DNA of 64,000 bases, taken from the NCBI RefSeq assembly GCF_009914755.1, contig NC_060926.1; one strand, 5' to 3'. Both the position numbers and the translations under genes were made by a program. Below are positions 25,076 through 37,850 of the stretch, piece after piece. This DNA is from the human T2T-CHM13v2.0 reference genome, Homo sapiens. Every line of letters starts with the position of its first letter. Position 1 is the first letter of the stretch. Below the pieces are notes generated by a model, which was not told where the DNA came from, ran no database searches, and saw only the letters and a list, made by a program, of their open reading frames with translations.

Positions 25076-28000
25076 TCTCGAGAGAGCAATAGAAAGGCTC
25101 ACATTCAAGACTATTCTATATCACACTGTTGGAGAAAACCTAACAGAACAGCTTCCCTAAAGAGTCGGCACCGGCTATCATAGAAACCAGTCTACGAAAG
25201 GGCAGATACATTTGTGTGAACAAAGGTCATGACTGGTTATTAAAAGGAGGCCTCTGAAAACAAGAGGAATATGTTAACATGAGCGCCTATACTTTTACAT
25301 CCACTCTCTCACTTGATCCTCAAAGCAGACCCTCAGAGGTGTCCAGGACAGATTTCCCAGGCCATTTCACAGAAGCTGAAACTGAGGCTCAGGAGTTCCA
25401 CATTTAGTTGGTAAATGACAGAACCAGGACTAGGATCTGATTCTCTTGATTCCTATTCAAAGTTATTCATTCAACAAATATTTATTGAGACCCTACCTTG
25501 CTCCTGGCTCTGCATTGTGGGTTTGTTCTAACTCCTGGTTACAGATGTTTCCAGGATTGCTGAAGCCACTCCATGCTGGCCGCGTGCACTCTGGGATTCC
25601 CACAGTCAGAGTCTCAGGCTGGACGGACTTTTCGAAAGGACCCTGGCTAGATAGCACGTCTCAAGGTTTCGCAAATGTTCCTCCATCATAGGCCTAAGAA
25701 AACAGAACTTGTTCTGTGGGCAACTCTTTGCCAAACAGCTGGACGATGGCACCTCTAATAACGATGGAGCTTGTGCACCAAGCAGAATCTTCCAGTTTAT
25801 TTGATAGCATAAGAGGTTTACGAGCCTAGGAAATACCTTTGGTTTCACTGCCCCAGTTGAAATCCCTTTTACGTTTTAGTTCCTGCTAAATCAGCAAGAC
25901 GAACATGGCTTGGGTTAGGGCTGACGGGGAAGAAGATACCTCTGGTCCCTAAACCCAGTTCACTGCCAAGCCCAAACAGCCCCCAGTGGGCTCCATCTCA
26001 TTTCACTCCTACAGTACACAACCTGCCCCCGCCTCCCCCGACAACCACCACCACCACCACCAGGAGGGATCTGCACAGTGGTGAAGCCACGGAGACCCAA
26101 AGCACGCCCAGAACCCAGCCTCCACACGAGGCTTACAGCTCTCTCGCCCCGCTCCCTCCTCCCCGGCATCCTCTCCCTGGAGAACCTCTCTCCTTTCAGG
26201 AAAGGCGAATCAGCCAGCGGCCAGAGCCGTGGTAATGGAGCTCAGACACGGGATCGGGTGTCTGGAGGGCCCCACTATAAACTGCGGGTCACATCCTTCA
26301 ACTTGATTCCTCGCTCCATCTTACACTTTGTGTGTTTCTGGGGGACGCGGCGGCTGATGGTGAGAGAGACAAGTCCCTGGCATGGGGCTGTGGAATGAGG
26401 GATTGTTCTAAAATGGAAAAATTACTTCAGGTCCAAAGTGGAGCGACTGATTTCAGACCGTGGAGGAGAGGTGAGGGAGTGCCACCCTGGGGGGCTCTAT
26501 CACAAGTCTCCATTTCCCCCTGTGAGCCCCAGGAAGAGGACCCAGCCCTTCTCTCTGCTCGTGCTCCAGGAAGCCTCCTTAGAACTGTGTCTGGAGGTTC
26601 TGGGCTCCCTGTTTTCTCAAGTATAACATGGAAATCTCTGAGAAAATGAGATAACATATCAGTGCACGTCAGTCTTGGGAGGAAGAATCCTTGAAATGTG
26701 CAGGAAGGTTATTTTCCATTCTGGTGACCATGTAACTGCAGAGAAAATGCTGCCTTTCCTTCCCTAGCAGTGACGATGTTGAATGGGAATGATGGTGGCA
26801 CCTGAGGACTTTTCACCAACGACGCATATGGTGGGTATCTAAGGAGACAAAGTCCCCCACAGAGCTGCCATAAACCTCACTCCTGTTTTCGTGGGAGGAG
26901 TTGGAGGGGCCTCTCACCCTAACCCAGGGCTCCTGGTCCCTGGACACCAGGAAAAAAGGGGCAAGCCTGCCCAGGCCCACCCACCTCCATCTGCTCACAC
27001 CCTCAGGAATCAGAGAGGAGGCCCATTCTCCTAGCAGAGGCCTCCCCTCTAGGGCTGCTCTGTGCCCCAACGCACCATTTGTGGGTCACACTTGAGTCTG
27101 GGCTTTTCGGTTGAACAAATCTCTCTCCCCCACAACAGTCGTGGCCTGACAGGCTGATGGTGGGACTGCTGCACGACAATATTTAGACACACTGCTAACT
27201 ATTTCCAGCTGCCTGGAGGACCCCGGTACTAGATGAGGTGAGACTCTTCAAGGTTTCACTGCAGAGGCGAGGACAGCCAGAGGGCATTCCCTAAACTTTT
27301 TTCTACTGTCCTCCATTTGATGAAAGACTTGTGGTTAAACCTTTATCTTCCATAAACATTTAAAATGTGGTTACCTTGATTTCCATGTCTCATTTTCGTT
27401 TTATTAAAAAAATGGGTTCCTTGCAGTAAAACATCTGATACTGTGGATGTTCTGCAGAAAACAGATGTTTCTCCATGTAATAGACGTCGGCAGGCCTCTG
27501 TGCGCCCACCAGGCCTCACTAGCACTCACACACACGCATGCACACGTGTGTCTCATGAAAGGCCAGGGCAGGGCTGGCCCTGTGAGGAACGCTGAGGCTG
27601 AACAGCCACTAGGCCATAGGGCTTGAGTCCCTGTGGACTCAAGCCATGAGACCTTTGGGCCAAGAGGCCAGAGACCACGCAAATGCACCACCGAGAGAGG
27701 TAACGAGGCCTGGAACCGTAATTGGGGGGTTTCATCACTTCTGAGGTCTCACTATAAACACTTCCCTCCATAGTTCCCTGTTTTCACTCTCTAGGGCCTC
27801 CTCACACTCTGCCCGCAGCGGGGCTAAGGGCAGAGTTAAAACCCAGCAGGTACAATCTTTCTCGAGGGTGCACAGAAACACCTGAGGACCCTGCCAGGTC
27901 AGCCTCTGGCAAAGCTATAGGTAGTCCTTTTTTCCATCTTCCTTCTCCTCTTTCCACATCCCAGTCCTAGGCTGAAGGGAGGCCCATAGGGGCCCAGGGC

Positions 28001-29857
28001 CTTAGGAAAAGCCACTGTTTTTGCCTCCTCCACCCAGGACACACACGCACCTTTGCCAACCTTATGACTCAACCACTGGGACAGCCTGGCTCACTCATTT
28101 TCCCAGGAAGTTTGCTTCCCATCCCTCCTGGGGATTCCGCTGGAGCTACCTGAGACACCTGAGGCCTGCTCCCTGCCCAGAGACATTTGGATTTTTGTGG
28201 AGACCCTGAAAAATGAAGAGTTATCAAGACCCAAAAGAATTAATCCCTGGCTGTTGAATGCCTCCAGTGCTAAGGAAGCTGTTTCTGGGCAGGAGGGGAC
28301 TCTGCCATGCTGAAGATGGCCTCTGGCCACTCACACTGCCCAGCCCAGAGGGCAGCATCACAAAACACACCCTGCCTCAGGATAGCCAGGTACCCTCTCA
28401 GCCTGCCTCCCTCTGTTCCAGGAACCCAGAAGCACCATTTCCCCTGTCGATACTTCAGGATCACTTGAGGAGGGCTGGCTTTTGCTCAAAGTCCTGTAGT
28501 TCCTACAAGCTGAAACTTAGAGGCAGCAATTTTGTGAAATTATTTCCCTAGAATTATCTTTATTCATGTCCATTTCACCTCATTCCAAAAAGGATTTGTG
28601 AAGCTTTTAGAAATACAAATAACATTTTTTGTAAAAGGTGGTATTATAGCAAATGACTGAAAAACGAGGGGAGAAACATAAGATGAATTTCAGTGGCTGC
28701 AGAACATTTTTGCTAGGAGGAACTGCAAATTTGGCTCTGGGCTTCCCAGTTGCTACAGCAGAGAGGATATATGATTAGTTACAAGAATCACAGTGTCACT
28801 AAGGTAAAAGCAAACCGTCACTCACAAGAATCACAGATATTCCTGGGAGTGAGACTTAAAGCAAATTCTCACATGGGCTCACAAAGGGAGTGTTCAGGTA
28901 TGTAGTAAACCATTTGTTTTCATCTTGAAAAACAAAATAAACTTTAAAAACTGGATAAATCTTTTCCAAATTTAATTTCATAAAAAATGTAAAGAAATTT
29001 CAATAGACAGAAAAATTGTTCTGGCTGCAGGGGACAAGGGCTCCATGCTATGTTCAGGACGCCAAAGTATCCCATAACCTCACTCCCAAAACAGCTCAGT
29101 CAGACTGACTTGGTACTGCATGAGTCACTGTTTCCAAACCTGCCAGAGGGTATAAGTCCCCTGGAGGGCTTGTTAAGCACAGGGAGCCCAAGGCCCCACG
29201 GCAAACTGACTGCATCAGAATCTTGGAGAGGGGGAACGGGCATGGTCTGTAGCCCCAGGTGATCTTACACCCAAGGCCAGCTTTGGCAAACCTGCCACAG
29301 ACAAACATCTCAATCGTCTGGCTGAACTAGATGGTAAAAACCCATTGAAATTACCAAACTCTGTCCTGGGTGTGTGGCATTCATCATAAGGTAGGGCCCC
29401 TGAGGAGGTCTCTGCCAAGAGAAACACTCTGGGAAAGACAGCATTGAGTAAGCTCTGAGGGCCATGGGCGGGCTGCAGTGATTCGGGAGAGGGGTAGAGA
29501 ATTTTCCTGCCCCCTCCCTGGCAGCATCTCCCCCGCCTCCACACCAGCTACCCCTTCCCCTCCTGCCCTCCCTGTTCCCAAGGCGAAGCAGCTCTTGCTG
29601 TCCTTTCCTCTGAAACATGCAAATACCACCAGGCAGGGTGAGTAACAGGTCTGCCCCTCCATGTGGCAGATGTGGGAGAAAGACAACACCTTGGGTGAAC
29701 TGACTGCTCTGGGCGTTGCTCTGTCTCCTTAGTCTAGCTCACCCCTCACACACAAGCCAGGGCAGGCTTCTGCAAACCCTATGGTCATCAGGTTATTTCC
29801 AGTTTGAAAAGTCCTTCAATGACTTCCCACTGGCCATGACTTTTGTCTAATCATATC

Positions 29858-30470
29858 ATGGTTAAGAGCTTGGGCTCTGGAACCACACGTGGGTTCAGAC
29901 CCTGGTGTTCCCACTTAGGCTCTGTGTGCCCTTGGCAAGTTTTTAACCTATTCAGAGCCCTAATTTCCTCATCTATAAAATAATGATTCTGCCTATCCAC
30001 TAGGCAGAATATGCTAGGTTTTGCTGCAATAACAAACAACCCTGAAATCTCAGTGGATTACAACAACAAAGTTGCATTTCTTATTCAAGTAAAGTTGGCT
30101 GGAGGTTGAGGGATCTCCCCAAGGCTATTGTCCTCTACATGGAAGCTCAGAGATCCAGGCTGTCTCAACTATGTGTCACCCCTGTCTACCATGTGCTTCC
30201 AGGATACTGGAGGGCCTCGTGGAGACTATTAAGTGCTTCAGCCTAAAAAAGATGTCCATCACTCCCATTCACCAGTCACTGGTCAAGTTTCTCAAATGGT
30301 CTTGCCTCCAACAAGGATGTGGGAAAGAGAAATTATCCTGTGTCTAGAAGAGTCCCAGATATAAGGGAGCACTGAACACAGGTGATAATGTTTAATGTTT
30401 AATGGGGTGCTGGTGGTAATGAAAGGAAATAATCCATGTAAGCCTTCAGCACGGTTTCTGCCATATAGGA
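29858..30470 (+). mobile_element. MIR split by an antisense MLT1J/K-like LTR (~29995-30360)
   Basis: MIR 5' half ends at tttcctcatctataaaataatga; then ctaggttttgctgcaataacaaacaaccctgaaatctcagtgg (MLT1, reverse); MIR resumes near 30400. Confidence 0.6.
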
Positions 30471-31780
30471 AAGGTTTAAAAAATTTTCATCTTTTGCCTC
30501 CTCTGCCATTCTGGTTCTGACCAGTGTTCTGAAAAGCCGTTGCCCATTTCCTAGCTTGTGATTTGACCCTCCAGGCTCGGGTCTTTGTAGCCTCTCATTT
30601 CCCTTGAGCCCAGTGTTCATCATGAGATTTGCATCAGCCATTGTGAGAACCCTTGATGCTACAGTGGCAAGAGGCCAAGGTTGATTTCTCATCTAATATT
30701 CAATCACGCACACTACACACACTTACATGTGTTAAAGAGTGCGTATTCCAGAGGTCATGAATTAATGTTTCATCAGCGCTGTCATCATCAGTGAATAAGC
30801 TGATCCAAGGTCCAGGAACAGGAGGGGCCACTAAATAGAGGAGAGAGCATTCCTGGGAAAGGAGTGAAGACTCGCCAGAGTCCACATCTGTAAAATGGGG
30901 CTGATGCTCCTGCCAAGCTCACTGAGTTGTTGGTAAGACTTGACAAGAGCAGGAAGCCTGGTCCCCTATGACATGCCATCAAATGCAGAGCAGTATTTCT
31001 CTGACAGGTGCCAAATATTATGGAATTTTTCCTGGAGAAAATGCATCAGCAGAATCCTTTGAAGATCTCCAGTGCTTCTCTTCTGTCCCTAGGGGTTTCT
31101 CTCCTCAGAGGTCTCTGCTTCCACCCTCACAATCTAATTCTTCTCCCCTGATAACTGACTCACCATACAATTGCATAGCTCAGTATCTCTTCTTTGCAGC
31201 CTCACTGGGAGGGGGCGGTCAGATTGCACTGGAGAGAGTGTGCAGCTTTTCCAGAGCTTTGCCCAGTAGAGCCCCAAGCTCTGGGGAACAGCTTACTGCT
31301 ACCCTAATAATAACAAGGCTCACACCACCATTACACAACTTTAATACCAGCTTTTATGCGGGCATCTGGGGATGTGTGTGCTTATGAGCAATTTGTAATG
31401 AGAAAAAGACCGACCTGCAGCAGGCTGGGAGGGGAGGGACCCAGAGCACCAGGAAAGACAGGCTCCATCACAGGGGCCGCCCCAGGCTCTGGGGACAGGA
31501 CTGCTGCCCTGGGATGTTTAAGGCACTATTTGATCTCTTGTTAAGTCCCACATGGCTTCAATTTCCATGTGCTCTGAAAGAGAATGGAATTAGAGTCAAC
31601 AGATCCATCATGCCTCTCATAAAGATGTGCTCTTACTCAAGAAGAAGAAAAAGAAGAAATGAAAACTCACGTTCACGGAAGACCTACTATGTGCCAGGAC
31701 CATGTCAAGAGCTTTATTTTCATGCATTATTTTATATGAGCCTCACAATAACCCACTGGGGTAGATTTGTTGCTGTTTTT

Positions 31781-32234
31781 TGTGGTAGACTAAAAAAAAA
31801 TAGCCACAATATTTTGCACCTCATCCCATCGAGAAGTAGAGTCTGTTCCCCCATCTGCTCAATTCTGTATTGACCATCCTGCTTTGGCCAGTGGGGCATT
31901 AGCAAACACAATGTAAGGGGCTTGAAAAGTGCTTTTGCATCAAGGCTTTCCCTCTCTCAGCTTTGAACCCTTTTGCCACTCTGTGAACAAGCACAGGCTA
32001 GCTTCCCGGGGATGAGAGACCATGTGGAGCAAGGCGCCCACCTCTCCAGCCATCCCAGCTGAGGCCACAGGCATAGGAGTGAGGCTGTTCTTGACCATCC
32101 AGCCCCAGCTGAGGTTACCCACACCTGAAGAACTTCCCAGCCAACTTACATAATCATGAGAAATATTCAGTGCTTGTTATCTTAAGCCACTATGTTTTCA
32201 GAAATTTGTTATTCAGCAAAAGCTATCTGATACA
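31781..32234 (+). mobile_element. MaLR LTR (MLT1F/G-like) nested in an antisense MIR (~31670-32335)
   Basis: tgtggtagact...tatcttaagccactatgttt...tttgttattcagcaaaagctatctgataca; MIR halves on both sides. Confidence 0.75.
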
Positions 32235-32788
32235 TCCCTTTTTTATAGACGAAGAGCCCAAGGCTCCGAAAGCTCAAGTCATTTTGCCAAGAATCCTCAA
32301 ATAAAATTGGCAGAGCAAGGATTTGATCCCCAGGCTTATATTTAGTGCCCTGAATTACCTGCTTTCCCCTGCAACTTGCTAGCACGTAGAGAGAGATGCC
32401 TGAGAGAAAATTTCCTTAAGAAACGCTAACTCCCCCATAGAGCCGTCATCACCCATTCCATTTTGAGGAAAGCTGGAAACTCTCCAGTCCTCTAGAGAAT
32501 TTCTGCTTGGATAGGCACAGCACAGACCTGAAAGTGTTTCTCTAGATGGCATTTTCGTAAGTGGAAGCTCACTTTTCCATTGCCTCTTGTTAATGAACTG
32601 CTGCATCCTTACCTCTGAAGATTCTTCTAAGGGCACAGGCAACTGCTGCTGGGGTCTTGGTCCCTCTGGCTAAGAGACCCTCAGCACTGGTCAGGTGATC
32701 AATGTACCTTCAAGTACAACTGGAAATCTCCTTGGTCAGCAATTGTACTAAGAAGAATCACTTTGGATGTGTGAATTTAAACTACCTT

Positions 32789-33043
32789 TTTTTTTTTTTC
32801 ACCCGGGCTGGAGTGCAGTGGCATGATGATAGCTTACTGTAACCTTGAATTCCTGGGCTCAGGCGATCCTCCCCTCCCTCCTCAGTCTCCCAAGTAGCTG
32901 GGAATACAGGCACTTGCCACCACACCAGGTTAATTTTAAATTTTTTGTAGAGATGGCATCTCACTATGTTGCCCAGGAAGCAACCCTCCTGCCTCAGCCT
33001 CCCAAAGGGCTGGAATTACAAGCATGAGCTACCAAACCCGGCT
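32789..33043 (-). mobile_element. AluJ element with deletions
   Basis: AluJ diagnostic positions; TSD aaactacctt (32779 and 33045). Confidence 0.9.
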
Positions 33044-33501
33044 GAAACTACCTTCTTATCCTGACATTATATTTCAAGAAGGGCCTGCCTGAATATTGTC
33101 ATACCCGCCTCAGGGAGGCCTAGTGACAGTTTCATGTCCCAGCAATCAGTTCATGAGAACAAATCTCCCTGGCAAAGCCCTGTGGTGCTTTCTGGTATAC
33201 TCTCAGGCCAGTCTATTCCCATGACATAGGCAAAAGGGAGCTTATGAGTTCTGGGTCCTGGACACAGGGTAGCCCTCTGTCTTGATGCAGGATTGGCTTT
33301 AAGCGGACTTTTGAAATAATCACTGTTATATTCTAGCACTTCTGCGCTCTTTTTCAGGCCCCTGGCTTCTCTGCTTCTCCATTTTGGAATGAACCCTATC
33401 CTTCCACTCACCTCCCCTGCCACCAAAGCACTCCATGCTTTAGAATTATTTCTCCTCTCCCTTCTATCTCCCTTGACTCTTCTGCTCTCCTTACCACCTA
33501 G

Positions 33502-33877
<376 letters not shown>

Positions 33878-36051
33878 AGTTTGTTTCATTTTAACTACTT
33901 TTCATCCTCCATTTAGAATCGATGCATTACTTAGAAGCACCAAATATTTTTCACCTCTCTGTCACCCGGAAATGACAGCAGTGAGTCTGCTGGTAGCAGC
34001 CCTGACTCATCCATCAAAAATATTAAATTGGATTTTAATCACATCTGGAATTTCAGATATAAACTTTCACACATATGGTGAGGAGGGAGTTTGTACTTCA
34101 GTATCCTTCCGTTCTTAAAGGTAAAAATCTGAGTCTGTTTAAGAATAAAATACCTAAGAAGAAAGAAATCTTCTGATATGATTTATGGGATACCATATGG
34201 AACCTGGAATTTATTCTTGAAAGCAATTGTGTGCAAAGAAATTAGCAGATACTAATTGCTTTTGGGAGAAAATTGCCTCTCATTACAAACTATTGGATTT
34301 TTAAAAATGAGCTCCTTCCCAGCAGTGTGAACATCTGGATTCCCAGGGGCTATGGGCAATGCCAGAGCCCCCTTTCAAGCCCAAGACAGAAGAGAGGTAT
34401 TGCAGACTGCTGAGGAGATTTGCATGAGGAAGGTGGCAGGATGTGGACGTGTCAAATGCTGCTTTTTGGCTCACAAGGTCAATCAGTATGGGGCCATCAG
34501 AAGCACTCGACTGTTTAAAATCTCAGCTTCAATGTTGAACTCAGCTTGGCATTCACGGCTCTCTAAAATCTGGGCCTTGCCAGCTCCTTTTCCCTCTACC
34601 TTTTCTCTCCCTCTATCCCCCAAAACCTATGCCCAGTCCACAAAGACCTCCTCCACCCTGGAACAATGGTCTCCCCTTTCTTCATGAATCCAAACCCCTA
34701 GCCTTCAAGGCCCATCGCAAAGCAACTTCCTCCCCACTGGAGGCCCTGGAGCAGGCCAGGCCTCTCCCCAGTACCACCGTGGAAGAGCTGTGCTCCAGCC
34801 TGCCTCCTGCCGACTCAACTTCTAACAGAGGGGAGAAGGCAAGGCTGGAAGTCTCCTACCCACAAGGTCCTTCTCAGGGCTCATGCGCCAGATCCTTACA
34901 GTTCAGACCCCTTTCCTCCCACACAGTGCCATGTTTTGGGGTGAACAGTCAGGCAACTTTGTGCCCCAATCTATAATGATCAATAAACTGAGCAATACTG
35001 TATCAAGATGAGAAAACTGCATTCCCAGAACTGCCCCCAGGGCTCTTTGGCTGGAAGGAATACTTTGATAGTAGAAGGGAGTGAGGCAGGACCCTCCAGG
35101 GGTCATTCTCAAGTAACAGTAGAGGGTCTCTAAACTGCACTTAAGGGCCCAGTTAACTCCATGGCTTGGGGCTCACTGACCAGCTTTCTGGTTCATAGAT
35201 GATGCCTTCCCATTATTTCCTCCCATGGTGGAAGGCCTGAACAAGCTCCCTTGGGCCTTTCCAGTGGGTTCTTTTTAACTGTATGCTCCCTTTTTATGTT
35301 GAGGAAAGGTGGAGTGCTGCATGGGGAGGGCACACAGAAGGAGGACCTTCCATTGTAGCTGCAGCTTCTCCTCTGGTCTTGAGCAATTAATTCTGCTCTG
35401 GCTCCAGCTTATGTTCCCTTCTCAGTGAGCCTTGGAAATCTCCAGTTTATGCGTGATTTGACACACACTTTTGTTTTTAGTTGGCTGTTTCACTGAAGAT
35501 GGAAGGCCACTTACTGTGTATATTGTGGGGAGCAATGGTTTTCCCAAACTGTTTTAGCCATGGAACTCTTTCTTCAAATTGAAATCTCATGTGGAAGCCA
35601 AATACTTAAAACCTCAGGCCCACGGAATAGGCCCCTTCCTTTTTGATCCCTTAGGGTTTTCTCTTTAGCTCCATCTCGGAATGAAAGTGATGAGCTCTGT
35701 CTTACTGTTTCTGCAAACAGACACTCCACATGACCTGCTAGATGAGAGAGGGTCCTCCACACACATGCCATGGAAAAATGAGCTGCCGCCAACCCATGCT
35801 GGAACGCCCTCACCTACTTTCCGCTGGCTGACTCCACACTGACTCTTTTGAAAATTTAAAGCTGTTCTTTTTCCTGATGAAATCAGGTAATTGTTCCAAA
35901 ATTCTAAAACAATAGGTAATGCAGCAGGTGTTGGGGTGGCAATTCGCACAATTTTGAGCACCATGTTTTGTACTTGGCTTCTCTGCATTGCACAAGGGAC
36001 TATACCTCTCTGCCTAGGCCTTCAGAAAAAGAGTGAAAAGAATGCTTTCTT

Positions 36052-36210
36052 GGCCAAGCATGGTCGCTCACACCTGTAATCCTAGCACTTTGGGAGGCCA
36101 AGGCAGGTAGATCACTTGAGCCAGGAGCTCAAGACCAGTCTGGGCAACATAGCAAAACCCCATCTCTATAAAAATAAATAAACAAGTAAATACATAAATA
36201 AAGTTAAAAA
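36052..36210 (+). mobile_element. Alu left monomer (FLAM_C-like)
   Basis: Single left arm ending aaccccatctcta, followed by an A-rich tail. Confidence 0.85.
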
Positions 36211-36754
36211 ACGCATTCTCATTTGCTAACTCTCCCCTTCTCCCCTCACTTCCCTTTAACCCTTTCATCCCTGGTGGGGTGGGGACCCTAACCATCTCCA
36301 CACTTTCCCCTGGAGGCTCTCCCTCTCTTCACTGAAGTATCAATTCCTAACTCCTGAGGTCCCTTTCCATCCCTGGCAAATGGGATAGACTCCAGCAGCC
36401 TCCTGTGAACATCCTGGGGCCTCTTTCCAGCCTGGCATCTGATGCTTTAGGAAGTGAGGGAGGGTACACCCTGGTCTCAAGGTCTTTGGACAACTTGAGG
36501 GCAGGGAGAGAGAGAAGTGTCCCTTTCTGAATGCAGTTGTCTTTTTCTCAACCTTAACTCACCATCATGAGAATCTATCCCTTAAAACAACAATAACAGA
36601 ATTCCTTGGCTGGTCATCAGAAGAGATTTATATTCTTCCCTTAACATGGCTTTGACCTATCTGATACTGGGGGAAATGAGTAACCCTTGTTCATGAATGG
36701 TACTATGTCCAAATCTCTTCTCTATAATACTGTCTAGGATTCTTCCTTGGTCAG

Positions 36755-37108
36755 TGATACGGTTTGGCTGTATCTCCACCCAAATCTCAACTTGAATTGT
36801 ATCTCCCAAATTCCCACGTGCTGTGGGAGGGACCCAGGGGAGGTAATTGAATCATGGGGGCTGGTCTTTCCTGTGCTATTCTCGTAATAGTGAATAAATT
36901 TCATGAGACCTGATGGGTTTATCAAGCGTTTCCAGTTTTGCTTCTCCCTAATTTTTCTTTTGTCGCTGCCAAGTAAGAAGTGCCTTTCACCTCCTCCCAT
37001 AATTCTGAGGCCTCCCCAGCCATGTGGAACTGTTAAGTCCAAATAAATCTCTTTTTCTTCCCAGTTTCAGGTATGTCTTTATCAGCAGCACAAAAATGGA
37101 CTAACACA
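36755..37108 (+). mobile_element. THE1 (THE1A-like) MaLR LTR
   Basis: tgatacggtttggctgtatctccacccaaatctcaacttgaattgta...tttatcagcagcacaaaaatggactaacaca; 354 bp. Confidence 0.92.
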
Positions 37109-37259
37109 GTAAATTGATACCAGTAGAGTGGGGCATTGCTGAAAAGATACCCAAAAATATGGGGGCACTGCTGAAAAGATACCCAAAAATGTGGAAGCGA
37201 CTTTGGAACTGGGTAACAGGCAGAGATTGGAACAGTTTGGAGGGCTCAGAAGAAGACAG
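37109..37259 (+). mobile_element. THE1-internal 5' start, with a ~32-bp tandem duplication
   Basis: gtaaattgataccagtagagtggggc...gactttggaactgggtaacaggcagagattggaacagtttggagggctcagaagaagacag. Confidence 0.9.
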
Positions 37260-37577
37260 ACCTACCCTTAACCTGGTGGGCACAATCTAATCAGCTGCCA
37301 GTTAATATAAAGCAGGCAAAAAAATGTGAAAAGCTGAGATGGGCCTAGGCTCCCAGCCTACATCTTTCTCCTATGATAGTTGCCTCCTTCCCTCAAACAT
37401 CGGACTCCAAGTTCTTCAGTTTTGAGACTCGGGCTGGCTCTCCTTGCTCCTCAAGCTTGCAGACAGCCTATTGTGGGACCTTGAGTTCATGTAAGTTAAT
37501 ACTTAATAAACTCCCCTTTATATATATATATATATGTTCTATTAGTTCTGTCCCCCTAGGGAACCCTGACTGATACA
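37257..37577 (+). mobile_element. MLT2A1-like (HERV-L) LTR, 5'-truncated
   Basis: cagacctacccttaacctggtgggcacaatctaatcagctgccag...aataaactccccttta(TA)n...ttagttctgtccccctagggaaccctgactgataca. Confidence 0.88.
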
Positions 37578-37731
37578 ATCAGAGACCATGAAAGGGGAGG
37601 GATTTGTTTTGTTTGTTAGTTTTAACTACCACTGTCAGATAAAAGTAGAGCTGGTCTCATTAAAATGGTGGGTGGGTAGTGGAATTCCCCGCCCTCTGAG
37701 CCCTCTACTCCGCTCCTGGCAAACTCCCTGA

Positions 37732-37850
37732 ATAGAGTTGCTACATTTTGCAAGTAAAAACACAGGACAACCAATTAAATTGGAATTTTAGATAAACAAT
37801 GAATAATATTTTAGTATACAGTAATTATGTCCCAAATATTGCGTGAGACA
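37732..37850 (+). mobile_element. MER53-like hAT element, partial
   Basis: gttgctacattttgcaagtaaaaacacaggacaaccaattaaattggaattttagataaacaatgaataa...tatgtcccaaatattgc. Confidence 0.7.

Noticed and set aside
37011-37023. PRDM9 hotspot site position in THE1
   Set aside because: The sequence is CCTCCCCAGCCAT, two changes from the active CCTCCCTAGCCAC motif.
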